Origin: Paraspadella gotoi
Lineage: Eukaryota > Animalia > Chaetognatha
DNA length: 64,000 bases
NCBI GenBank assembly: GCA_051294375.1
Contig: CM119265.1
Location: 17,649,377 to 17,713,376 of the forward strand
Reading direction: 5' to 3'
Notes under the pieces: generated by a model
The model's database searches: none
What the model was told of the DNA's origin: nothing
The model's input: the letters and a program-made list of their open reading frames with translations, nothing else
Program-made: the position numbers and the translations under genes
Shown: positions 1 through 13,400 of the stretch, one piece after another
Layout: each line of letters opens with the position of its first letter
How positions within the stretch are numbered: position 1 is the stretch's first letter

Positions 1-1580
1 TGTAATTACAAATTACATATTATTTCTGTTCGAGTTTAATTTTTCTTACATCCGTTTTTGCTATGTAGCGAAAATGGTAATTTTTTCACCATTTCCTTCG
101 CACAGCACACTGAACACTGAACATTTCACGAACAGCGTTGATTGAATGAATGAATGAATGGTAACAATAAATGATCCAAATTTCAGTGAATCCCGTGAAT
201 TCTGTGAAGCCTTTTTTTTCGATTCCGACACTCAATCACCGACGGGGAAAAAAATATGTCGGTTTTATATTCATTTTTCTTTCTCATCCTCTTCTATTCT
301 CTTCCGGGATTTTTGCGCCACAATGAAGGGGGCGCTGGGAGGAAGGGAGTTAGAGAAAGAAACGGGATTGGGTTGATACGGTTGTGGGTTGTGGGAGCGA
401 AAAGGGNNNNNNNNNNGCGAGAGAGAGAGAAAATACATGGATATTATCGAAAGGAAGGGAATTGGTCCACCCCGAATGTGAAATGGAGGGCGAGGGAAGG
501 ATCAGACTCCAGGAAGAGAAATCTTGAGCGGCGGGACCATGTTTCCCAAAAGACGACTGGGAGGGGGGGCGAAGGGCGGCGCATGAAAATTCTCCGGGTC
601 GTCGATTCCCCGGTTTCCGGATCCCCGAATGCCGGATCCCGGCTGCCGGAGCTGCACCCCCCCCAGCGGCGGAGGATTCGAACTCGGGGATAGTAAAATC
701 AATAAAAGTCATTTGTCAACGAAAGGCGAGGATAAGAGGAGGCGGAGATGAAGAGGAGGGGGGGAGGAGGAAGGAAAGAGAGGAGTGAGGAGAGTGAAAG
801 AAGCTTACTCGGTGAAGGAAAGATAAGTGCAGAGAACTAGAAAGAAGAGAGACGAAAGTAAGTGAGAGAGAAATAGTAAAAATAAGGGCGAATGGAATTT
901 CATTAGTTTTAACGTGAATGAGAGAGGAATTTTTTGTAATCGGAAGGATCAGAGTTTTGCCGTTTCTATTTAACGTCATCTTTTCGGCGGCCGTTACAGA
1001 TTCTTTTTTCAATAATATTCAATAACATCGATTACTATTATTATTAACGGTCTAAAAATAATCTCGTTAAAGATCCAAACGAGATTTCGAAATTTAATCA
1101 GGATTGAGAACCGTCGCTCGGGTTTTTTAGAAATACCGAAATTTTCGTTTCGGTACTAAACGTTTTCAATGCCCAAATTGTTTTTTTCATAAATCGGATA
1201 ACATAAAGTTTAATATCGTTCCCACAAAGAACACGAGATATTTCATGCACTGATACATCAATTTAAGAGGATTAAAGAACGCTCTTCTTTTGGAGGTGGC
1301 ATTCATATTTTTCATGCAATCAACGGGAGATAAAAAAAAAAGGAACGAGGCGCAAGATTCGGGCGACCGGTGGAATTTTAAACGTAAACAGAAAAAAAAC
1401 AAAACAAAAAAACCTCATGAATATTTCACATTGATATCGAGTTAATATAAAGTTTCGCGATTAACATTCAATCGATATAATTGCGGCATTGAATCACAGG
1501 ATCAGGAAAAACGGTATGGGGGACACAATGGGGGATAAAGCAGGGCGACAAGCCGAGAGAGGGCGGTAGAGGTAGTTACG

Positions 1581-1627
<47 letters not shown>

Positions 1628-1929
1628 TTAGGTACAATCACAGTAAGAGTTAAAAGATGCTATTTAGAATACGTAAAATTTAAAACAAAAACTTACCAAC
1701 TGTTCAACTATATGTGACAAAATAAATCATTTTTTCTCCTTTTTTTTTTAAGGGCAAGAGAGAAAAAGAGAGGGAAAGACAGAAACAAAGACAGAGAGAA
1801 AGAGAGTGCACAGTTTTTCTGTCTTTTTTGAGTTTTGTTGTTTTTTTTAAAACATTTTTGTTCTTTTGTTTGTTTTTTTTTCCTCAATAGAGATTGAATC
1901 TGGCGGCGACATCTCTCGAAGTGACGGGA

Positions 1930-2050
1930 GGGGCGGTCTTGGCGGCGCCGCCCACCCCCTGACCCGCGTGGTGAGTCTTCCGGTGCTCCGATTGGCTGTG
2001 ATTAGCGGAATGCTGATTGGTCGAAGGACCATTGTGAGCGGATTGGCCGT
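1930..2050. promoter_or_regulatory. CpG-rich promoter-like cluster: GC box plus three inverted CCAAT boxes
   Basis: ggggcgg (~1930); ATTGG at 1991, 2016 and 2042. Confidence 0.4.
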
Positions 2051-3154
2051 GGCCAGTCGGGGGCCCTCCGCGGGTCTTTTTACTTTGCAGAACTTTTTTT
2101 TGTTTTTAATTTTTCGACGAAAAGATTGTTTTTATTGTGCGTTTGTGTGAGTGCGAATTTTTAAAGGAAAGTGAGGGGGCAGAAAAGGTGAGGAGAGAGG
2201 GAGAGAAAGACAAGGTGAGTGAATTCCGATTTGGAATTAGCGTCGGTTAGATTTAGACGCCACCGCTCGCCTGTCTCTGCCACTTCTGTCATAGCTTCAC
2301 ATTTTTTTTTTGCTCTGAAAAATATGATGCCACCATTTTTACCGAGAGAGCGCACCTGGTCAGAAATTTTAGTATAATTTTTTTTTCAATACTTTTTAGT
2401 CTTATTTTAGTAGCGAGATTTTCTAAGTATTAGTTAGCTTAAACCAACGGATAGAATATATATATTTCGTGGAGCCAAAGATAAAAAAAGATTTACGACT
2501 AAATCATCTAAAATGTGAAAAAGTGTTTCTAAATTTTTAAAAAAATGTATGAGATTGTCATGCCGATCTGAAACGAGAGAGCAGTGCTGTTCTTTTCTCA
2601 GAACAAAAATATCAGTGCAAGTGGTGCCATCTAATGATAATGATGATAATTACATATTTTTAGTTTAAAAATAGAAAAAAATAAGGGTGAAATTGTTTCT
2701 ACTAAAGAAAAAAAAATGGTAATTTGAGTTTCTAAGATGCGAAGTGGCGGAGGCAGAGATGCTAGTCGCGTTTACTGTTTACTCAAAGAAATAATTTTAA
2801 TAATCATAATTATGAAACAATAGTGTTTTTTAATATAAATTCTACATTTTTTAAAAATATAAATAAATAGTGCGGCAGGGTGGACAAAAAACTAAAACTG
2901 GAAACGATGAAATAAACAGTAAAAAAACAAAAAAGAAAAGCGCATGCGTAAAGTCTGATTTCGAGTGACAGATTAGCATCTGTCATATTTTTAATAAATG
3001 TCGCCTGGTCTAGCATTCGTAAAGTCACACTTCTTGTTCAAGAAGTCCTACAACAAATTTAATATAGACCAAAGACACTCTCATTTTAGTTAACTTGATT
3101 CGAAATTCGAAATGGAAAAAAAAAAGGGTTTTTTTTTCAAAGCGAATTGTGTGA

Positions 3155-3284
3155 GATTTGCGCGATATTTTCGCGATGAATACGCGATTTGTCCCCCGCA
3201 CGCGAACGAAATAAACCAATGAGCGGATGTCCCGCGGTTAAACCGACCAATCACAGTGCGACACGGACGCCGGATAAAGCCATG

Positions 3285-3285
<1 letters not shown>
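3155..3285. promoter_or_regulatory. Promoter-like cluster: paired CCAAT boxes 31 bp apart with cgcgat repeats
   Basis: CCAAT at 3216 and 3247, with three cgcgat motifs (E2F-like) just upstream. Confidence 0.4.

Positions 3286-3288
<3 letters not shown>

Positions 3289-3352
<64 letters not shown>
3289..3352. repeat. (GA)n microsatellite, representative of many GA/CT tracts (e.g. 1582-1624, 3930-4045, 21770-21821, 59953-60020)
   Basis: Directly visible. Confidence 0.97.
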
Positions 3353-3355
<3 letters not shown>

Positions 3356-3549
3356 CCGTGGACGACGATATCGATTTTTTGATAAAGAAAGAAATCAGGG
3401 TCAAACGCGCAGACTGAAATAACTGGAAGGGTTTTGGGCCGGGGAACGGGGAACCCGACGGTGGAGGGCGAAATGGGGTGGCGTCAGAAGTGGTGAGAAA
3501 GGGAGATGTATTAGAAGGGCGACGGAAACGGCTCGACTACTTTGTAGAA

Positions 3550-3929
3550 TTGATTGAAAGCTTGCAGGGACCTGCTATGTCATTATCTTGTAAGAGTGAT
3601 GGAGGCCTTAAACCAGCAAAGCCTGTCCAAAGTCAGGGGCAAGATAGCTATTTATTAAATTAATTTTATATTAGTGGTAAGGAATTTCATAAAAGAACCA
3701 AATCGGTCCAGCATACCATCATCAAAGTATATTCTCCGTTCTCAACTGAGTCGAACGGTCCGGAGATCAAATTCTCGAGATAAATGTTTTGAGGTGAATA
3801 TCCCACCGAAGTTCAGCGGTGAAACTCACGAAACGAGGTCATCATTCCGGTTTCACTTTTTTGACAAAAAAGTCGTTTATCCGCGGCGGAGGTTTTTATC
3901 CTTAAAGTAATGACTCCGAATCCACTTAA

Positions 3930-3989
<60 letters not shown>

Positions 3990-4650
3990 CTCTCTCCTCT
4001 CTCTCTCTCTCTCGCTCTCTTTCTCACTATCTCATCTCTCTCTCCCTCCTTTTGATCCACATAGTTCTTATTTAAGCGTACTTTTTTTCTCCTTTATGTT
4101 TCTTTGTCTCCTTGGTCTTTATAGTTTTTCTTTTTTATATCAAATCGTATTTTCTTTTCAATTTCTCGCATTATTTTCGTCTCTCTCCTTTTTTTTTAAA
4201 TTTTTATCTTGTGACTCAAAACGAAGTGAAAAACGGCGTCGATTATTCAAAATACATCGCGAATCAATTGAGATATAACTGAAGAATAAAGGGGTTTTCT
4301 TTTATTTAAAACATTTCGCCGCGAGCGAAGATCGCGACAATTTTTTTTTTTTTTTTCAATCTCGTGCGCACAAACGCAACTGAAAATAAAAAAAAGAACG
4401 TAACAAATCTGCCACGACGCATCCGTTTTGACGCTGGGTCCTTTTACCGTTGCTCAGATAAAAGGAAGAAAGAGAAAAAAAAAAAACTCTCAAATTCTTC
4501 TTTTTTCTTATTTTCTTTTTTTTTCCTTTCTTTCTCTTTCCTCTTGGGTCATAAAATTTACCCGAAAAGTTTCCCGGTTTAAATTGAAAAGGGAGATGTG
4601 GGAAATGCCACGAAAATGGAACGACACACTCAGAGAGAGAGAGAGTGAGA

Positions 4651-4684
<34 letters not shown>

Positions 4685-7600
4685 AAGAAGGAAGAGAGAG
4701 AGAGATGAGAGACCGAGAGGAGAGAGAGAGAGAGAGAAGAGCCAGAGAGAGAGAGAGAGACAGAGATGGGCTGCTCACCCGGCATAAAGATTCCCAAAAT
4801 GAACGTCGCTCGCAAAGTTGTTCGAATGTTTTACAGATTCACTGTCTTTAAGAAACAATTTTTGCTCAGCGCCGGGCAGAAAAAATGACAACCGAAACTG
4901 TTTTTCAGCCACAAAACAGATGTATCAAAAAATCTGTTCTTAAAAAATTACATCTTCCCTCCTATCGAGTTCGAAAAACGAACTTCTTTTACAAGTTCCG
5001 AATCACAATTACCAAACTAAAAAATGAAAAAAAGAAAAAAAAAGAAAAAAAAAAGGATTTTTAATATTCATGAAGGAACCATTTCGTTGGTCCTCTGCCG
5101 CTTCAATTTTGCCAACCGCTTGCCTGTTTTTTCGTGTTTCGCGTGGCCGGCTCCCTGGACGCCATCATTGGGATATAAATGCAATATAATGAAACTGAGG
5201 CTGGTCGTTGTTTGTCGTCGTGCATTCAATTTGAAGATGTCCCTCCTGCTTCATCACTGCCCTCTTTCCTCTGCATCTCTCCTTTCGCTCATCCTTCTAC
5301 GCTCTTTCGGCATGCTCTTAGCTCCCTCAACGCCTGGCTTTTCGAGAGTTTCGCCTTTAAAAAATCATTCGGCGCCGAAAATTAAAAACTCGAAATAAAA
5401 ATTTCTGTGGCCTCTCTAAAAATTTCGACGAGAGTGGTGACCGATCGGGCAGCGGAAAGATTTCCTTGAGAGTGGTCGCCCGATCGGGAGTGTCAGCCGA
5501 TCAGTGGGAAGGAAAGAGAGTAATAAGAAAGGAAGGAAGAGAATCCGAGATTTTCTAATGGGGCAACGAAAAAACTAGAAAAGGGACCAATGTCATGCTT
5601 CGTGTTTTCGAATCGTTTGACTTTACTTCTCTTCTCATCCTCCTAATGTATTACAATTACACTGCTCTCTTCCTCTCTTTTTCTCTACCAACGATTATTA
5701 TTGTAAATCGTCCATCAGATGAATCTTTTGTTCGACCACGATAACCAAGATGGCGGTCATTAGCTGTGGGCACCAACTCAGAACAGAGCGGATGACTTAG
5801 ACAATAATTGATAATTCTAGGAAAGCTAACTCCTAACTTTAAGAATAAGTAAGTGCTATGCTCAGACGTCGCAATGTACGTGAACGATATCGTAACGAAC
5901 ACCACCTAACATAAGAAAGAAATAACGCTCAACTTCGGCCAATTAAACCTAATAATTTTTAATCCGTTTGCAAGACGACCACCCAGGACAACGACACAGC
6001 TAGGACAATTCAGCAGACAAAACGACAACACGACGACGACGACGCAGAAAGACGACGCTAAACCGGGACGAAATACGCGTCTCACGACGTTTACGATAAT
6101 AAGACAGTCATAATTCCCGTTTAAGATGACGCGGAGCGGACGGTCCGAGGTTTGGCCTCTCCGTTAATAGGTTTGGCCTCTCCTTTTAAAGAGTTTGGCC
6201 TCTGCGTATGCGAAATCCTTTATCGGATGCGCTTCTTGCCAAGATTTTTGGGCCTCGCACCTTGTATCCCAGGGTATCTTCCGCCTTGGCCTCAAGTCAA
6301 ACGACGAACTGCGAAAACGTTGTAGCTAATAGTAAGAAATAATTTTCGTATGATTGTCTCTAATTGCATGGCGTTATGCCTCCGCCTCTCGTCAGACTTG
6401 TTCTCATGGCTTGAGGCCCTTGTCTCCCCAATTCGCTAGCGCGTCGGCCCGCTGGTCACGTGATTTAGGTCAAAACTCCCCAAGATTTTGTAAATTGTGC
6501 CTCTGGCCATGAACATAAACCATTGTCCTCTCGTCCTCTTTTACCGTCTCTTCTTTCCTATTTTTTTTTTTTTCATTCTTAAACCCAATCCATCGTTTCT
6601 TTCTTCTTTTTTCCTCTCCGCCTCTTTCTCTTCACTTAGAAGTTAGAACCGGGTCAGAACGTTCTTCTTCACCCCACAGCTTCGAGGGGCGAACCTCATA
6701 AATAAGTTTTCATCTCAAAGGCCGCGGGGGCCAGAACCATAAACGCCCGAGTCGCTCTCCAGGTTTGGGTCGTCTGAGTTTAAAGCTTAAATTGCCCGGA
6801 CGAGTGAGCAGTGAGCAGAAATTGAAATTTCGTAAAACGTTTCCAATTAAAAAAAAAAAACATACCATAGAGTCAAATATCCTAGCTGTTGATCGATCTA
6901 TAAAAACTTGGTATAGTTACCAGACGAGAGAGAAATATCGTTGTATAATCATCAAAGCGAGTTAGTGAATATATAGGATCAGTAGATTTGCAAATACTGA
7001 AAGAAATAAATTAGTAGTAAAATTGTAAAGAGCGCGACGGGACTACTGCTAATAATACTTTAGGTATAAGTCCAGTGCGAAAATATATAAGCCCAAAAAC
7101 AAGCGCAGACGTTGTAATGAAAACCAAAGAGTTAAAGGATAATATGGCTAGTCTCCTCAGAATATCCTGTGAAGGCAACCTATAGTTTACTGTGTCGAGG
7201 TACTAGAGACCTTAATCACACGCTCGACATTTGTGGGAAGTAAGTCTGTACCGAGGAGAAATTTGGAGCGACGGTGCAGAGAGTGGCGACGGAGGCGAGT
7301 CAGGAGAGGAATGGATATTGAATGAGGGAACGTTTTGATCTTTGGTAGACGGAGGACATGTTGAAATGCCTTTAATGAGAAACTTATAACGTTATGCTAA
7401 ACCTTTATTATTATTAGCGTTTGGTGTTCTCTCTTCCCGGTTTTATGCATGTAATTTCTCTCTTATTCTCCGCTTCAACTCCAACTATACGTGTCTTCCA
7501 CAACGCATGGTTATCACACCCGCTCCATCACGACTCATAATAACTTCTTTAATTGCCCGATTCAATGTTATGTTCCATAATATAGTTAATTATTTCACCA

Positions 7601-10480
7601 GATACATATAAAAAGTCCTAAAGTCCAGTACAAAATAGAATATACAATAATAATAATATTATAAATATTTCTTATTATTTAAGTGGAGACAACTGGTCCT
7701 GTGCAACATCACTAGACATAACGTATGTAGGTTTTTAATATACATATTTAATATCGACGTATAATATTTTTAAACCAGAAGAAATATTCTTGCTAACCAA
7801 CTTGTCATAAAATCTTCCAAATTAAACCAAATCGATTCATTCGAACAAATAATCTCGGCGGATATCGCTCTTTTTTCAGAGACCATTGAACAGTCAACCA
7901 ACACTAGCCCACTCGCATACGCGCACACCGGCGAATCGATCGCGTCGTAACCCCTTCTCTCCCGGACTGTAAACCGTCAGGCGCCGGAGTGCGTGGCGTT
8001 GCGGCAATTAGCGCTCGATCGAAAATCTGTGCATCGGACAGTATCTTTTACCGTGATCTTGTTCATCGTTTCGCTCACGTCTCGTGTCGTTCGTCCGGTG
8101 TTTTTTTCTCGTTTACTTTTGAACAGTGAAAGTCTTTGGTTAAAAAAAAAAACAAAAAACGAACGATCAGTCGTCCTCTCTGGACTTCGCACACAAACGC
8201 GTTCTGCCTATAGTCCAAACGGTCTCCGTCGAACCTCTCCTAAACAGACCTTTGTTGCGCAAATGCAAGAGACTATACTTGACCTTTCCTCGCCTTCGTA
8301 ACCCTGCTATCCCTCCGTTGATACTTCACGGGTGTCGCGGCGCGCTGCGCGAGCAGAGAAACGTAGGACTCGCGCTCCTCACACTCGTGATTCTCCTCGC
8401 TCGGTCGGTTGACCCTCTCGCCTTACCTCTCCTCCGCTCGCTTGACCTCCACCTCTCTTTGTTTTCCTTCCTTTCTTTCCCAGTTTATTTCACTCTGATG
8501 CAGCTAGTGCTACACGAGTTGGACCTCATACCATTTTTTTTCTGGCTCAAAGAGAGCAAGAGGATTAAAGAATAGTTTTACAGAAATTATGTATAGCGAC
8601 ATATCATTCATCTAGTCGCTGCTCATTATCGTAGAATTACTAACATTTTTATGGTCTATTAATATTTCTCTTAACTAGGATAAAGAGCATTCAACACAAT
8701 ATTTAACTGTTGTTGCCTCCTCGTCCTTCGGAATGTAAAATCACAACTTACCAATCGCATATGGTGATTTGTTAATTGCAAAATAGCCTCGTCGATTGAA
8801 TTAGGATGCCCTTTTCTCCTCTTCTTTAAATACATTCCTATTTCCCCATCTTTTTCGGTCCTCTATAAACTTTTAGTCCTAGGTTTCTTCTTTTCTTGTG
8901 CCTCCATTCAATTAAAGTCATCTCCATTCAATAACAAATTATAAAATAAGACATATATTTATAATACAGAAGGCGCAATTTGGTGAGAGCAATCGCTTCT
9001 CTGCAATAAACCTTACCTCCTCCTAGTCTACTCATCTGTGGTGCGAACCATCTTGTACATGTACCCTAATTACGCAGTTTCCCAAAATTCATAATTATAT
9101 CGCCAACATCACCGTTTAGACCGGCGTACTCTGAGAACTAAGAGTATAAAAGACTGTCCAGATCATAGAGAATCCTGGCAACTATATCTAGGGGACGCTC
9201 CAAAAGTTAAAGAAAACAGTTAAGAGAAACCCTCTTTCTTTCTTTCGTTTGCGTTCTTTCTTATCTTTTATTAAGTTCTCTTGTATACAACATTAACGTT
9301 TCTTAATTTTTTCTTTCTTGACCGCGTTTAGACTTACAATTGCTGTGTTCTCGATCATTATTTCTTCCTTAATCACTTTTTGTCTCTCGTCTCGATCGTC
9401 TATTAAGTCATTGCGGAAACTGTAGTTATAAACAAAGATTTTGCCTCCGAATAAACACTTCATTGACAAAAGCAGCAGCTTTCTCCTTCTATACTTCTTT
9501 ATAAAAGCTGCACTTTGGAGTAACGCGAAACAAGAATACATTTTTGTTCAAGCTGCTCTTCAATATAATTCTCTATTTCCAAACAAGAGGGTATAGAACT
9601 CTCATCTCGAAATTTTTTTTAAAAGAGGATTTTACAGCTTTTTTGTTCACCGAAACATTAATATTTAAGAAAAAACTCCATTAAAACATCCATGAATGCA
9701 ATCAAAATAACCTTTTAATTACCCGACGCTGGTTATCGAAGCACGTGACGCATGTCTATGTGACATATTTCTCTCTCTTAAACTTTCATTCTCTTTTTCT
9801 CCTAAATGACTTCTCTCGTTATACTTGTGTGGCATTGAACTTACATTATATTTTCCAGATGCACGACACGTTAATCTCCTTGTGGCTCACTCCACCGGGG
9901 GTAGATATCGTGCATTACACAAACTCAGTTTTACTCTTATGCAACGTGCACAGGTAGCAGAAAGCATTCTGTACTTTTTCTTGCCTGAAATTATTTAGGC
10001 TTTATATATTAGAGAGTCAATATAGTTAATTATACATTTAAGGTGTCTGCGTCGGCGGGGGCGGCAGCGTGAGGGCGTCACTGGACGAAAATAATGGAGT
10101 TGAGGCTGTGCTTGAAAATTCTGCATTGTCGGCGAGGAAAACGAATATGAGATTAATGAGTTACTTGCTGCTGCTCTCTTAGTGAAAAAAAAAACGTACA
10201 ACGTTTACAAGATAATTGTTGTCCTGTGACCGACTAAGAATTTAGGGTTTGATTTGTCTGCTTTTTAAGTAAATATAAAAATATAAAAAATACTTAGTCT
10301 TGTAAAAAGCCCTTTGTTCAATAAGGGCTTCATTTAAATACCGTGACATGAATCTCACCCGGTTATAGCTTTATTACCTGCTGGCTACCGAGGTTTCTAT
10401 AAAAATACAGATATACAGAATCTTTTTTGTGTTTTAACACTATTTAGTGGTAAAACTATACTTATCTATGACTTGACAAC
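3550..10480. repeat. Left arm of large foldback duplication 1 (reverse complement of 16674-22204)
   Basis: Starts ttgattgaaagcttgcagggacctgctatg (3550), the reverse complement of sequence ending at 22204. Close match with homopolymer indels to ~6860 (vs ~18985), then an insertion-rich match, e.g. 7221 cgctcgacatttgtgg vs 18751-18766 and 10050 cgtcggcgggggcggcagcg vs ~16871-16890. Confidence 0.95.
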
Positions 10481-13400
10481 AATAGATAATTCTCATTCTA
10501 CTCTCATTCTCTCGCTGCGGTCTCTTTACTATCATCTCTAACTCTATCTCTTCATCTGCTGTAGTGTAGGTGTTCATGTTGTTCTAACTAAAATTTTTAT
10601 TTTATCATATAAATTTTATTAAATAGATCTTTGGATTCCACGCACTATTAGAGAATAGGAATTTTTCTGCGCCACTCTCTCCCGTACAAAAAAAAATTAA
10701 TGACTATCACACGATTCTAATATTTCCTTTGATGAGTAGACACCTTAAGCTTATGACTAGTGCATAATTTTTTTATCTCACTTGAAGTCCCCATATAAGT
10801 TTTTACTTCCTCAAAATGTAAATGCGATACTGACTTTCCCTTTTATTTGTTCTTCACGGCCGCGGAGACGAATCTCGCTACGTAATTTGTACACCAGGAG
10901 AAACGAACTAGATACAATAGCTTAAGTTTCTCGAAGAGAAAAGTCGCGAATAAGTAATAATGAGTCTTTATTTGAGAACACGAAAATTATTCCTAAATTA
11001 CGAAAGTTATCGATCTCGGAGCGGGAAACGAAGTTTTTATGGTAGAGATTGTAGACAAAGCTGAAAACCTAACTACGATGCGAAAATCTTCTCCTCTGAA
11101 AAATTGAGGCGGGAGGAACGAGACTGCGCCGTGCGGAGAAAATTGTGACCGAATGGAAAATGAGAATTGTGCAAGAGTAAGTACTTTAATGCAATAAGAA
11201 TGAGATGATTTAGAGAATAGAGTTCACTTATTTACCCTTGCAGGCAATAGAAAATAACCGAAACCGTGTGTGCAGTACAGTGAGCGAATGACAATCACAA
11301 ATACTATTGGCAGTGATTTTGTCGGGAATTTAGAGAAAAAAAACAACTTTTTCCAAGATATTGCCTAAAAGTATTATAAACAGCAATTGATAAAAAATTG
11401 TAGCTCTAAGACCAAGTGGGCTGGACTAGCGTGATAATTGAAATCATCTGCTTGCATTTTCTAATCAAGTAATCAATATCATTTTGCTACTTTTAATAGA
11501 GTAGAGTGGTAGGGAAAAGAGAGGGTAGAGGAAGAAAGGAAAGGATGACACAGAAAAAGTATGAGGGTAGAACGTTGGAGAAGCAGGGGAGAAAAAGTCA
11601 GAGAGAAAAAGAGAAAAATGAGAGAGTTCGAAAAAGTTTCTGAGAAGGGAAAGAAAATGAAGAAAAGTTAGGTGAAAAACACAAGAAAAAATTTTATAAT
11701 ATAGCGTGCCATTTGCCGAAGCAGGTAGCTTATAGACTCTTAAAATACGACACGAAAGAGACAAAGGATTACGAGATTAGCGAAGCAATGATCTTCGTAA
11801 GAAAATGCTCTTGCCATGAGAAGAAGAAAATATGATTTTATTCATCTAATTAAGGCGGATACCGGTATCAATATAAGAAGTAGATTGGCTCAATTAAAAG
11901 GAAATCATGTCTTACGACGTATTTTTGAAACATAGAAATTGCACTCCAGTGAGATCTATGTTAATGAAGGATGAAGATGAAGAGATTGATATAAATTTAA
12001 AGAGTGTTTCATAGAGATTATTCAGGGAAAAGAAATAATATTAAAGTTCGACAATGCATTGTGGAAGATACCCATAAAAATCACTGCCTTATTGCGTCAA
12101 AATACAGAATTTGCATGAGAGAAAAGACCCCGAGATCCAGCGCGAGAACCGCAGATGAATCCAAGAGAGTGACCCGAGCTAGACGGAGAGAGGCAGAGGA
12201 GCATTAGGAGAAAAGCTACTATTCACTCCAGAAGCCTCGTATCAGCGCAGCCTTCCGTGACGAGGGTAAGGGCAACGTAGAAAAGAGAAGATATGAAACG
12301 CGTATAAGTTTGCCGACGTGGCAAGCTCCGCCGCATCGGCTGGCTCCGAGGCTCTTGCCGTTCGCCTGCGATCCGGGGACCAGGGAGAAGGAAGAGGGAA
12401 AGAAAGAAGGAAGTCCAAAGAGAGGAGGCCGGAATGCCCGCTCTGCCTTACTCAGTCTCCCAGCACTTCGAAGTTCGAAAAGCGGAGAAGCCGGATTCGG
12501 CCCGCCAGACGCGGCTGCTCCCCGAAGCCTGTACCTTCGCATCGGGCTTTCTTTCCTTACTCCTCTTCCGCTATTACCTGTCTCCCTGTCGTCCCATCCG
12601 GCCACTTTCCTCGGTTCTCCGCCATAGAGACAGAGCGGGCCCAGAGTTTGTACTATCGGTCTAATGCTGCTCCCGATCGGAGCTTGCAGCAAGGCAAACT
12701 TACTCTCTTCTCTTTCTCTAGTACCCCTCGTTCACCCCGAGTCTTTTAATTTCTCTCTGCCTCGAGCGCGATTCGATCATGGTTCGCGCGGATCCGGGGA
12801 GTCTTTTTTCTTAAGAAATTGTATTTGAGATAGGCAGTGATTTTTATTACACGGGTATTTTTCAAAAACAATTGAAATTGGAACCTTAAATAACTATTTA
12901 TTTACTTTTCCCCTCTGATAAATATATTAACATCTTTATTATATTATCTTATCTTTCTCCTCATATTACATAATCTAACACTGGGGGTGAATTTTTCTAT
13001 GTTTTCAAAATACGTAAGACATGATTTCTTTTATTTGACAATCATTCTTTATTACGGATCCGCCTTAATTAAATGAAATAAAAATATTTTTTCATGGCAA
13101 GAGCAACTTTTTAGAGATCAAATTGCTCGTAAGATCTGTTGCGTATTTTAGAATATACTACTTTGCTTGCGCAAAAAAATGGCACGCTATACCTTATAAA
13201 ATTTTTTTTCTTTGTTTTTCACTCCTTTCTTATTTTACTTTTCTTTCTCGAACTTTTTTTTCGAAACTTCTCTTTTTTCTCTCTGTTCTCTCTGACTTTT
13301 TTCTCCCTTTCTCCAACGTTTCTACCCTCGATATTTTTCTGTGTCATCCTTTCCTTTCTCCTCTACCTTTTTTCCCTACCACTCTACTCTATTTAAAAAG

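Noticed and set aside
672-690. tRNA T-loop/B-box-like gttcgaatcc on the minus strand
   Set aside because: The T-stem does not pair, and no cloverleaf or A box is visible.
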